64,000 nucleotides of DNA from Xylographa opegraphella. Its lineage: Eukaryota. The translations under genes and the position numbers were made by a program. The stretch spans positions 124,001-188,000 of the forward strand of contig JALDZX010000002.1 of the NCBI GenBank assembly GCA_022813865.1, given 5' to 3'. The notes below the pieces were generated by a model, which was not told where the DNA came from, made no database searches, and saw only the letters and a program-made list of their open reading frames with translations. Shown piece after piece: positions 34,566-46,747 of the stretch; position 1 is the first letter of the stretch, and each line of letters opens with the position of its first letter.

Positions 34566-36511
34566 TCACCCAATGTGAAAACAATCTCCCCACTGTCGCA
34601 GCTGCATCCCAACCAGCACACAGCCTACGATAGGTAGCGCAAGGAGTAAGATTGGAATCACGATCTCAGCACCTAGGAGGGTGGTTAGCACCAGAGCGTG
34701 GCGAGCACCCGCCGTCCATGATATCAAGGAGTTGTATGTGATTATAGGCCCTAGGAAAATCCCGATGGCGATCCACGACATGAAAAGGATTTCCGTTCTC
34801 CTGGTTCCATCGCTACCGGTTCCGAATCGGGTCAGGCCACCGATTATCCCAATAGGTATGGCGCTGATGATAAGATATATGAGCAGTGAGCGAGCCCAGA
34901 CTATTCCAATAGCCCAGAGATTTGTGGTGTTCCGAGGTGGTGCAATTAACGACGGTGTGTCCGAAGTGTTCATCTGTAGATCGGGCAGATGATATTTGTA
35001 CCGTAAGAAGCGAGTGCAGTTTAGCACTCGAAGTATCCTGGATTGAGGGCGCTCAACAACAGAACGATCAGCTTCGAGATCGGTAGGGGGGTGGTCATGC
35101 TCCATAATATGTTCCTATTGCAGATAAGCCAGAAGTCAAATAAGATAAATGGCTTGCTTATATCGCCTTCCGGCCCAGTGGGTTCAGCTGAGGTCGTTTC
35201 ATCGTTGTTGTCGATATCGTAGTAGGAGTTGCCTCGACAGACAAAGGTTTTGGGAAAGTCGACCAGAACCTCTGAGGCAGTTCCTGCTTCGACTGCTTCG
35301 ACTGCCCGCAGAGGTAGTACACGGCCAACAACTCCAGTGAACCTAGATCCTCGGCTGATGGCCTCCTCCATCATGTCAGACGATACCAGATAGCGATATG
35401 GATAATTGGCGGTCAAAACGTTACCAAGCAAGTTGACTACAGACATGACAAGATAAGGCGTGACAGTGAGTGAGAAAGCTGCACAGCCCCAAATTAGGAG
35501 CTGCGTTCCCCAGGACTGATAAAGTGTGTAGATAGCGAACAGAGCTTGAAACAGTGCAACATATGCAGCTGCAACATTGTAGTTGGACGTTATCTTTGAG
35601 ATCATTTTCCGCAACTGTCGAATCTAGTGGAATAACCTTGGCGTCTCGAGGTAAAACTGCGAGGTCATATTGAGATGTAAGGTCGCAGTGACCATAAATT
35701 TCCTTGTGTTCAGTTCTTGGGAGTTTGTGGAAACGGAGGGTAGTGTACACCCAGTGGTTCATATGTTCTCGTGCGAAAGTAGGTACCACGGTCTTGATTT
35801 TCGTGAATTTTAGACTATACCTCATATTATTTCAGATAGTCACACGAAGGAAGCTCTGTCCACCTTGACCTACCGTATCTTAGTGTTGTTATTGGACGGT
35901 AAATACACTTCAGGACTTGAGACCGTCTCCTGTGCAAGACAGGGTTTCCGCTCAATCACAGTCATTTTCTCGTCAAATACTGGCAGGTCATAAGCTCTTG
36001 TACCGTAATGGAGGATCATTTACCTGCCTTGTGTGCAAACACTCCGCGGCGCCTCATCAGTCTCATAACATGCCTGAAACCTTTGCTCATATTCAGGTAC
36101 CCAAGTGCGACTGCGGACCACCATACACAGCGCACCTGCTCTTGCGGCCTGTTCCAGTGGCGACTTACCCAGTGAAGACGCCCTGAAGCACGCGTCGAGG
36201 CCTCTCACTAAGCCCGAATTGGGGTAGAAAAGTGCCATGATTACAGCAAAAGCAGTCCCCGCGGTCTGTTGACCAGGAGTAGACACGACGGTCGCAGCAT
36301 GTGCGACGTAATTTCCGAGGAAGAAAGTAAGAAAGGTTGTCCAGCTCGTGGAAGTACAAAGCAGATTCGGATCGCCATGATCAAACGTGCTATTCTGGGG
36401 CTGAGCCGTGATATTCGATGATGACAACGATATCGGAAAACCATCGACAAGCCCAGTCTTCAAATGACTGACCGTTGAAATCAGGATGTAGAAAATAATT
36501 GAGATGGCCAT
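34566..36511 (-). pseudogene. Fungal multi-pass membrane protein of unknown function, apparently frameshifted
   Basis: Four consecutive minus-strand ORF pieces with transmembrane segments (FFLGNYVAHAATV, AAFSLTVTPYLVMSVVNLLGN, C-terminal QLRQWGDC); frame change at about 35596 leaves no room for an intron. Confidence 0.55.
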
Positions 36512-37013
36512 TGTTAACAAAGATAAGAAATGGCTAACAGAGAGAAGATTGTGCGATTGATCAGATGAAAAATATGTATAGATTGCAGAGTAAATCCAGT
36601 TCAATGACTCTCAGACGGTATAGACAGCGCATGGCTTCATGATCGTGTTACAAGCATGGAAGTATTTCCTAAAATGTGTATCGCCGGAAACACATACTAT
36701 GGTACCGCAAATCGGATGAGAGATTGCGTAGGTTCCGGTACATGCTCAAATCATGGCATATCATGCTCGTCGTAACACATGGACAAGAGTACAATCTGTG
36801 GGTGCTGCTAATAAGATATATCGTATCAGCAGCAAGCCGACAGCACTGCATTGTGCTACCAACTTGACACAGCCGGCTTTCTGCGGAGGTAGTTTCGTGC
36901 TCCAAGTATCCTAAAGATGGCAGATTCCGCATATAATACATCGTAGGATTGTGCTCTTTGAATAAGCATGACGCTCAGTGAATGAGAGTCTCATCGGCTG
37001 TCCACCTAGCATC

Positions 37014-37574
37014 TTAGATCATAAGTCTCTCGACCTTATCCTTCAGCGCCCTAATCTGGCCCATCAAATCGCTAGCCTCGTTCGTCGTTATGCTCACCGC
37101 AATAACTGGGCGGCTCACGCCAGTTGCTCTGCCTAATGCCGCTTTACTGGGAACATATATGTAAGGAACGTTTTTGTCCTCACACAACAGGGGAAGGTGA
37201 AGCAGAATAGCGAGAGGTGAAGTGTCAGCTGCCAAGATAATGACTTCCGAGATACCGCGGTTGAGGGTCTTGGTCGCTATCGAATAGAGCTGTCAGATAT
37301 CATTTTCACATTTCTGAAGCGCACAACTTAATCAAACCTTCGTTGGCTCCTTTTTTTAACTGAAGTAGAAGTTAGTATTCTGTAAAATGTACTGAGAAAC
37401 GGAAAGCCTCCTCGCTACTGACCTGCCGGTAATGACTGGCTTGCTGCACGAGATCCAATATAGTCTGGGAAAGAGCCTCGTCGGCGATGGGCCAAGCTTT
37501 ACATTGATAAGTAAATGGTAACTAATATTCATGGCGATACACCAAATCTTACCGGCATTTTCGGATTGAGACAT
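37014..37574 (-). CDS. SNU13: Snu13 / 15.5K K-turn-binding protein (U4/U6 snRNP and box C/D snoRNP); exons 37574-37553, 37496-37423, 37359-37338, 37276-37014
   Basis: [40 protein letters not shown]...[21 protein letters not shown]. Confidence 0.96.
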
Positions 37575-38094
37575 GATATTTTTAATAATTTTGGCTCGCC
37601 CAAAGGTTCACGGCCAATATGCGGATTCGACAAGATGTGGAAGAAATTTTGACATGAAGCGAGTCCGTATTCATGAAAGCAAATAAGCTAGCTTCCTTTG
37701 GCGCAAGTGGGCTTCAATGACTAATCAATGCAAACCCCGAAGCAGCAATTGCATATAGGGCTTTGGTTTTCGGGAAGGCAATTTTCAGCGGAACCCCCAA
37801 TGAAGCACATTGGGCCGTTCCATGTCTAAAATTACAATTGCCAACCACAACAGCCAATCCTAGCAACAGCTATAACTATTTATGAGTGATTAAAGCTCGG
37901 CGAAAATCGCATGAACCATCCCGCAAAGCAAGCTGGACACAAAAGTAGAAGCTTGATGACCCTGCGTGAAAGCATCCATGAGGAAGGCATCACACAGTAC
38001 TGCACATGCGTTTGAAGATCCCCCTTTCACTCCAACAAATGCGAGAATCAAAGCCTCTAAACATTCTTGGAACCTTGTAGGCTCCATATTGTCC

Positions 38095-39083
38095 CTACAA
38101 CTTCTCAACTCGTCCCATTCTGCTCGCCATGGACCTCCAAGTTGCACCTTCTGCAGCTGTTAAAGGACTGACGAGCCGGCTATCATCGTTCTCTCCCTCT
38201 GCTAACGTCTTGGAATAATTGAAGTGTCTTGTTTGGCCTTGTCAAGATCAGCATCAATTCCAAGAGGTTGCAAGAGACTTACCCATGCCAAAAGGACGTA
38301 GATTGGTGTATATATTTTCCCAGTGGCCTTTGGGTACCGAGTACATCTCGTGGCCAATTCCAATATACGGGTACTTTTTGGCAACACTATTGTACCAATC
38401 CCAACCCGCTCGATGAGGACCTGCACGCGCAAATTCGTGCAGCTGGTCCACTGTCTTCCAGTAGGTCAGCCATACCAAAGTGTTGCTGGCTTCGTCGTCT
38501 GTTGCGATAAGGCAGGAAGTCTTTCCAAGGTCTGTAGGTATAGAATTAAGGACCTCCCTGGGTAGCATTTAACAACATGGCGGGACTTACAGCCCCATTG
38601 TAAGTCGTTGAGTTCGGCTTCCTTCAACATTGCCTGGAAGTAATCCCCTGCTGCAATGTACCCTGGTGCGAAACGGCCTTGCGCACTGTGTGGAACAGTC
38701 AGTTGTCAGTTCTATAGATCTGGAAAGTGATTTGAAGGTCCTGCAATGGGAAGAGGACTTCAAGCATACTGGTTCGACCGCGTGCTAACAACAAATAATA
38801 CTATATCGTGATTACTAGATTTATCTGGAAAAGAGCCATCTTCGTGTGGAATCATAGCCGTCGCCCTCCCCTGGTATACACCATCGGTTCCTGGATTGTG
38901 AATGAGACCTCGAGTCATAAGAAGGTTGACAAACACCCGAGCTCCTAACACGAGGGCTGCCGGAAGCAAGGCAACATAACGTGGGAGCAAAAGAATTAGA
39001 AGAGATTGGAGACATGCTCCAACAAGAAGCCATGTCGTCAGTCTAAAATCATCACGAAAGAAATTGAGATTTGGTAAAGGCAT
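38095..39083 (-). CDS. DUF4188 / af470-like putative monooxygenase; exons 39083-38770, 38685-38591, 38531-38283, 38237-38095
   Basis: FRDDFRLTTWLLVGA, TYWKT..LHEFA..PHRAGWDWYN, GIGHEMY..WENIY; junctions stay in frame. Confidence 0.75.
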
Positions 39084-39588
39084 GACGACCGAGAGAAGTC
39101 CTGGTCAGCACACCCAAATCTCCGTACGTTCTGTCGTTTGGAAATACTCGAAAGAAAGAGAACAATCTGTGGAAGCAGAAAGGAAGTATGAAATCTGGCG
39201 TATGATCGTAAGGACTCAACAGGGACAGATCCAAACCGTGGAGAAAAACAGCATGTTGCGGTAACAGTCCGGGTGGAACCCTACGGATGTAAGGCTTGGA
39301 TTCGGTAATCAGTTTAATCTAACGTCAACAGGCTTCAACACAGCACTTGTATCATGAGATTGTGTGTTTCATAACATAGCTTTAAAGTGCAGAATAAGTT
39401 ATGTATCTTGTGTGACATTAGTGTGCACGTCGCCTCGTTTGTGCTTCAAAAATGAGCGCTAAAAATGACTCTTGTCAGCCCTAGGAGCTACTATGACGCA
39501 ACAATATCATGATTCTTCGGTATTTTGATATAGCCTTGGGATGGTAGTGTCTCGCAATTGTTCACACAGTTGATTGCGGAGAAAGAGT

Positions 39589-41627
39589 ATGGCTGACAGG
39601 AAGGAAGATATCCAGAAACGCCCGCTTTACGGTTTGTACACTGGCATGAAAAATCCATCGGCTTGCTTATTTTCGTCGCAGTCTTCGATCTGCCCCAAGA
39701 ATTACTCTTAACGCTACAATTGAAGGAGCCAACTTTCCGGTCTGCAGGTCAAGCGGATAGTTCGAGTGATGTGCAAGAGGTGCCGGATAATGGGAAAGTC
39801 AAAGACATATATGATCAAACCGGAAGCTTCACAGCGTGTGGACTATGTAATATCTCTTTTCAAAGTCTAGCGGATCAACGTCGTCATGTCAAGTCAGACT
39901 GGCACGGTTACAATCTCAAGCAGAAGCTCCGCGGGCTGAAGGCTGTGAGTGAAGTCGACTTCGAGAAACTGGTTGGAGACTTAGATGAGAGTATCTCCGG
40001 ATCAGACTCGTCGATCTCTGAAGATGAAGAAGATGGGAGTGCTGCGAAGGAAACCACTCTTTCAGCCTTGCTCAAGAAACAAGCTCGACTCCATGATACG
40101 ACGGAAGCGGATTTAGTGCCCCTGAAGAAGAAAAGGGGGTCAGGGAGCCCTCCACTAATTTGGTTTTCCTGTCCTTTACTGCCGTCAAACACGTCGTTAG
40201 GAATTTATAGGGCATTGTTCACAAATTCCGAACAGCAAAATCCCCATGTGCTGGACATATTGCGGAGAAAGCAGCTGAAGCCTGTCCAAGTCAAGCCTAC
40301 TCAGAACGGCTCGAATGGTGTTCCGCTGCCAGCGTCGATGACCGGACCGAAAATATTCCTGTGTATGATTGGAGGTGGTCATTTTGCAGCTATGGTGGTG
40401 TCGCTAACACCGAAAATGGGCAAGAAAGCCACTGGTACCGAAGAGCGTCAGGCGATTGTCATCGCACATAAGACATTTCACAGGTACACGACACGACGAA
40501 AGCAAGGAGGATCGCAATCTGCCAATGACTCCGCCAAAGGCGCCGCGCACTCGGCTGGAGCTGGCATCCGAAGATACAACGAAGTTGCACTCGAAGCCGA
40601 GGTCCGGGCACTTCTCAGTGAATGGAAGGACATGATAGACGGATCCGAGCTACTGTTCGTTCGTGCTACAGGAACTACGAATAGAAGAACACTATTTGGT
40701 CCTTATGAAGGACAAGTCTTACGTCAAACCGACCCCAGGGTCCGATCGTTTCCCTTCAGTACCCGACGTGCCACACAAGCAGAATTAATGCGAGCGTTCG
40801 TAGAATTGACCCGCATGAAAGTGAGCGAAGTCGATGAAGAAGCGCTCGCAGCTGCCGCTGCTGAAGAGCAAAGACGATCAGAATTAGCAACAAAGTCGGC
40901 GAGTACTCCCAGCAAGCCTGTCATACCGAAGATCTCCAAAGACGAGGAAACAGCCCTGCTCCACACATCACAGATTCAAGCATTAATAAGAAGATCTAAA
41001 GCTCCTGCAGTGATTTCATATATTTCTCAAAACTCCATATCTCCAGATTTCATCTTCCATCCGCCCACTACTCAAGCAAATCATCATGCTTCGACCCCTC
41101 TACATCTTGCCGCAAGCTTGAATTCTCCGACTGTTGTCTTAGCATTGCTAACAAAGGCTGGTGCTGACCCAACAACTGCCAATGGCGAGGGAAAGCCTCC
41201 TTTTGATATCGCTGGAGATCGCGCAACACGAGACGCATTCAGAGTCGGACGTTCTGAACTCGGCGAAGAGAAATGGAGGTGGGATGCGGCTCACTGTCCA
41301 GCCCCGTTATCGAAAGCCGAGGCCGATGAGAGAGAGGCTTCTGGACGTGCTGAGTCACAGAAAGTCGAAGCGGAGCGTCGAAAAGCTGAGACGAAGCGTC
41401 TTGAGAGGGAGACTGTCGCGGACGCCGCTAGGAATCCCCCGAGTAAAACAACGGGTAGGGCTTTGGGTATAACCGAAAAGACTGGTGCGGATCTTCGAGA
41501 GCAGGAGGGTCGGGGTCTGACGCCAGAGATGAGAGCGAAGCTCGAGCGGGAGCGAAGGGCGCGGGCTGCAGAGGAGAGGATGAGAAGGATGGCGAGTGGC
41601 GCTGCTGGCGCAGGTGCCGGACGGTGA
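39589..41627 (+). CDS. VMS1: Vms1/ANKZF1 ribosome quality-control factor; intron 39632-39681
   Basis: RPLY|VFDLP start, C2H2 finger, GGGHFAA, HKTFHRYTTRRKQGGSQ (VLRF1 loop), ankyrin repeat TPLHLAA. Confidence 0.95.
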
Positions 41628-41936
41628 TTACTCAAAGTATTCAACCCGCGAGGTGGCCTTTGAGTATCTTTTAATGAGTCCATAACGACAGAAGTGTCAA
41701 AACAACTGATCACCACATTTGAATTTCCACCCATGCCGAAATCTTTTGAGCTCCACGTGACGATCAAGACGACTGGGATGGTTCGAGTGTCCAACATATT
41801 CTGAGCTTCGCAGTGGGGTCGAGCCGATCGTTCTGATCCATTGGCTGCCTTGACCACGGTGTGACCATATTGTAGCTCCACCGTAATGACTTGGTAAATG
41901 CTATCGCCATAGCACCCGCACACACAGTCTGCCACG

Positions 41937-42644
41937 TCAATCACTATCCATATGATCAACCGCGTTCCCATTCGTCCCAGCATCCACCTCTTCCACCTCG
42001 CTCGAACTCCGCGTAGCGCTCCCCCTCCCACCATCACTCTCCGCATCAATCTCCTCAATCTCCTCTCCCAGCGGACTAACCCGCTCATCCAACTGCCCCA
42101 AATCCTCCAACAACGTCCTCTGCGGCAACTTCCTCAAACTGGTTCCGCACACGCGATCCTTGGTCAACAGGTCATCCACAAACTGATCCATGTACGTTAG
42201 GGAGTATCCACCCTCCCTCGTCCTCCGCCTGATCTTGCGATAGTCCCCCAACAGCGGCTCCAGCGTGCGGTACACGTCCACGGCGTCGAAGGTCAGCCGG
42301 ACGTAGAACGCGGCGAGCGCGCTGAGGTACTTGAAGTCCTCCTGGTGCAGATACTCCAGCACGACGTCGCGGTCGGGGAGCAGCTGCAGGAGTTTCAGCG
42401 TGAGGCAGAGGAAGGCCGTGGGTTTCTGCTGGCCGTACGTGCCGCCAAGGTGGGTCATCTCCACTGCGCGGTCGCAGAGCGTGGCTTCGTTGATGGCGAA
42501 GCACTGCTCTTTCCAGTAGTAGGATTCGGTGATGCGGTCGCGCACCGCTTTTTCGAGCAGGTGCGCCGGGTTCTGGTTGTGGATCGTGTGGCCTTCGTAG
42601 CCGCGCTCGTCGAGCATGCGCTTGGCGTCAACGTGGTGAGCCAT
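41937..42644 (-). CDS. PRP38: Pre-mRNA splicing factor Prp38
   Basis: NPAHLLEKAVRDRITESYYWKEQCF, FLCLTLKLLQL, FKYLSALAAFYVRL, YMDQFVDDLL. Confidence 0.95.
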   Translation of the reverse strand: MAHHVDAKRMLDERGYEGHTIHNQNPAHLLEKAVRDRITESYYWKEQCFAINEATLCDRAVEMTHLGGTYGQQKPTAFLCLTLKLLQLLPDRDVVLEYLHQEDFKYLSALAAFYVRLTFDAVDVYRTLEPLLGDYRKIRRRTREGGYSLTYMDQFVDDLLTKDRVCGTSLRKLPQRTLLEDLGQLDERVSPLGEEIEEIDAESDGGRGSATRSSSEVEEVDAGTNGNAVDHMDSD

Positions 42645-43126
42645 AGCGTGTATGGGAGAGCTAGGAGCTTTCTCAGGCTCGTGAGCCGGGTGAACTATGC
42701 ACCATCAGAGAGTCCGTGAATTATAATGGCAGGTGTAAGAAGCCGTAAAACATTTCACGACAGCGGAGTTAAAAAAGGTTAGATCCGGCACCGTTATTAC
42801 GCGGAAGCACTAGGAGACCCCTTTTCTCCCGAAATGGACATCCGATTTTCACTGCCACCCCATGAATCAAATACTACCTTACATATATTTATGCCATAAT
42901 CTCAGAGGTATGGTGTATGAATTCGCCCATGAATATAGTCCGGGAAGTCCAATGCTGCCTACAAATCACAGAGGCCGAAGAACGAAAGAGATAGAGAGGA
43001 AAGAAACACCATCGTGTGCTTTTGTAAGACCCTCTTATCAATCCAAACGTGACTAAATAGTGCCCGAATGCTGGAGGTGAGCATTAAGTAATTAATTCTC
43101 CAAGATTCCTCCTCAGTTCCTCCTGA

Positions 43127-45039
43127 TCATCTCATATTATTCCCTTTGAAGTGCACCGAACTAGGATCAAAGCTCTCATTCCCGTACACATTCCCACCAT
43201 AAACTAAATATCCCTGTATATCATCTGCCGGCACAGTCATGATCTCGGACTCGTTACCCATCACCCAGACTGTTTGCATTCCTGTCATATCAAGATCAAT
43301 ATCTGTCTTTCCATTGAAAACCAAGTCAGGACTCTCGGAATCCTTAAAGGTTGACTTACCCATGATCATATGCTGCAGAATATGGCAATGAATCATCCAC
43401 ACCCCTGGCTCTGTGACCCTTAGCCGCCAGGCACGCCACCCCATATTCAGCCCTGGCGTCGTCGTCTCCCCGTACTTGTATAGCATGGTCGTGTCCCTTT
43501 TCGCCAGCTGTACACCGTCGATGTTCTTCTCGTTGGTTACCGGGTCATAAGTCCCGTTCCCGCTTCCTAAATCGTAATAATGACTTCCATGTGCATGAAA
43601 GGGATGGATATCCAAGGCCCCCGAATCAGACCCCGTATTCTGAACCACGATCTCAATGACCTCGCCGATGTTTGCGGGAAAGGCCCGCGTAACGGGGTCG
43701 ATGCCGTTGTTCGCGATGGCCCGCTCGTACGAGGGGAATTCGATGCTGTCGTTCTTGTAAAGCGAGACGAGATAGGGCTCCGAAGGGAAGGTTTCAAACC
43801 ATGGAGCGTTGTCTTGCATCCACACAATGGTGTTGGTGATCATCTGGTGGGTGCGGATGATCACACGGCGCGTTACTTCGGCTGTGAGGGGAAAGGAAGG
43901 GTCGAAATGGAGAGATTCAAGCTTGTAATCAAGCCAGCCAAGAGTAGTCGGGGGAAGCGTCATGGGTGGGACGTGAGGTGTGGAGAGGCGTTTGGATTTG
44001 GCCCCTTTGTACCGGTAATTCAAGACGGCGAATGAACGGGTCATGGTAGGTCGGTCGCGGGTCTCAACTTGCATGAAGAATTGGTTTTTGGTAAGTTCCG
44101 AGCGGGGTTTGGTTCGAAGCAAAACGCTGAAGCGCTGGCCGCTACCAATCTGAAGATAGGAGGTGTTGACTGGTTTGGTGTAAGCGCCATCGGCTTCGAT
44201 AAGGACCAATTGGTCGTGGTCTTCGAAGGCGAGAGTCACGAAAGAAAGAGCAGTTCCACCGATCAAGCGAAAGCGATATGTTTTGTCGGGTTCAACATCG
44301 ATGGACGCTAAATCGCAATTGGGCGACTCCGAACTTCCTTCAATCTGACCCTTCCCATTAACAAGGACATTCGCAGTCTCCCCGCTCCAAACGAATGGAG
44401 ACGCCTGAAGACCGCTCTCAATTTGACCATCTGTTTTATTGAATACGTCCGAAAGAGCAATAATTCTCTCTTCGTTGTAATGATATGGTGGGGGACCAGA
44501 GTCTTCCACTATCAGTGGGCCGGCTGCAGTGACGGCCTGAAAACCGATGTGAGAATGGTAGAAGTAGGTACCAGCCATTCCTACATTTGTTTCAAGTTCA
44601 TAATCAAAGAAGTGCTTTGGTGGGATGGGCCACTGAGAAGCGGCTGGAGTACCGTCACTAAAGGGAGAGACCGCCATACTCAAACCATGCCAATGCTAGT
44701 TGGTTAGATAATGCTACCAATGCAGGAGTTGGATACATTCGATACCATTGTAAGGTTTTGATGATCCATGTCATTGTAGACCCTTATCCAAAAGACCTGT
44801 CCTTCAACAAGACGTATCTCCGGGCCTGGGGAAGTGCCATTGACCAAAACTACCCCGGGCTTGGTGATGCATGATTGGGTGGCTTCCTGTTCGGCGACTC
44901 GAAGGATTGCACCTGGAACGAAAGTCGAATCGTGAAGCACAGTTGTTCCTGCACCTAAGGAGTAAAACTGTGTGAACGACAACAATCGGATTAGAAAGCG
45001 CATATGAAGCATCCGGGATAGCAGTAGATGCATTGTCAT
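43127..45039 (-). CDS. Secreted multicopper oxidase (ascorbate oxidase-like, AA1); introns 44745-44696 and 43359-43282; start ATG uncertain (45039-45003)
   Basis: Four Cu motifs HWHG, YHSH, HPFHAHG, HCHILQHMIMGM (axial Met). Confidence 0.93.
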
Positions 45040-46747
45040 CACCACAGCAAAAGGCTTCTAGTAAAGGTGCTCACTGTCTCGGACCAAGCGGGAAGTCATA
45101 TAGCACGTTCAAGCAGATGTCATAAGCACGATCACCTTGGAGAATAGGATTTGTTTTATAGCAAGTAATCGGGCCTACTCGCTGAGAGCAAGCACACCAA
45201 TGCGGACAATGCAGCAATCATTTCGAAGGCACGATTCAAGATCAGGAAATATTAAGAAGATCTTGCAGACAGAATCTAGCACGACTGGTAGAAGATTCAC
45301 GAATTCAATCATACTTTGTTATCTGTAGCTTCCTCCGACTGCTGAATCAAGCGCCCGAATAATAATTCGGCGAGATTTGTATTGGGACCTCGGAGAAGCC
45401 AAGTGTAGATGCACAGGAAGCCTAATGGCAGACTCCACAACAACAGTTTGGGGAAAGAAAACAAACTTGCTGCGACCAGTGGTTTACTCATGACGATCCT
45501 CAAGGCGAAGATGCTGTTGGGCTCCGCATACGAAGACTTGAACAGAGTCAAGGTAAAGGTATGCCGAGAAACGAAGTAAACGCGACAGGGTCTGCTAGCT
45601 GGATAGGGTATGGCTCGCCTCGCTAGTTACTGGATCGCTTGAATAGGAACTGTAGATCGACCCCGATGCAACAAGCTTTGGAAAACACCTCTTATGAAAT
45701 GAAAAGACCGCACACGATCCTCATGTTTCAGAAGCTGTGTTATTTGTTTGATGAAGGAGTTAATTGGATCTATTCTATAAATCGATGAAAATGTTTCCCC
45801 CTCTATTAAAACAACACTACGCGGTTTTAAATGGCACGTATGTTCTGCTTGATCCTGAAAGCGTTATAGTTCTGGTTGGATGAGTGACAGAAGTGATCTA
45901 CTGCAAGCTCAAGGAAAGTAGAATGCCGCATCACTTATGCAGGAGGCTTGCCAATCGGAGCCCGGCCTCACCAAGATTACTTGACAAAAATCTTCTCCAC
46001 AGGTGATATATCCGCCCGAGGATGACCCAATAGAACACACACTTGTACCATCACGCCATCGTTGAACAGGGGTACTTCGAAATGGGAACTCTGAGGCATC
46101 ACAATGGATCATCGCAGTGTATATGTGCGGTAACGTGCCGCAGAAACCCCCATATCTAGGTATATAAGACCACTCCTATGCACGAGGAAAAGAACAACTC
46201 GGCCCCAGTCTCAGTAAGTACGATTAAAACCTGAGGATTAAGTTCGAACCAGAGAGCCAATACGACAAGAACTCATCCGGACCGACGAGGGAACATGGGT
46301 AGAGCAAGTTGTAATACTAGGATTACCCAAAAGCCCTTCGATCTCGTGAGCTATTGCTGAGAGGTGTGACGAGATGTTCTGAACGGAAAGGTCAAAAGGG
46401 TTTTTGGATGCAGGAAATTGTCATGGGTCATGATATGTTCAGAATGACCCACGACTTCCTCGACATTTATGACTCCAGGTCGTATTGACCTGAGAGATAA
46501 GCAACTATATACAATAGAAGACGCTCTATGCACAGCTCCAATCTGCAAAACAATCCTGCAAGACTGAAATAGATCAAGGTCAAGCTCTCCGGCCGTGACA
46601 GGAAGAAGGCTTCAGATATAGTTATAGAATTCACCCAAGCCCCTGGACATCACAAAGAGATTCTCACAAAGTCAAGATCAAAACCCCAGTGCTCTTTCCG
46701 TCATAACTCATTAGACGCTCCAGTAAACATCATACAGATCCTCAACC

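Noticed and set aside
37277..37337. Box C/D-like words (ATGAT...CTGA) in SNU13 intron 3 as an autoregulatory K-turn
   Set aside because: CTGA is the branch site and the two words are too close to form a K-turn
43282..43359. Enrichment of stop-free 3n introns (also 54132-54188)
   Set aside because: About four among some 35 short introns is compatible with chance
46200..46260. tRNA-like GTTCGAACC
   Set aside because: No acceptor, D or anticodon stems can be formed
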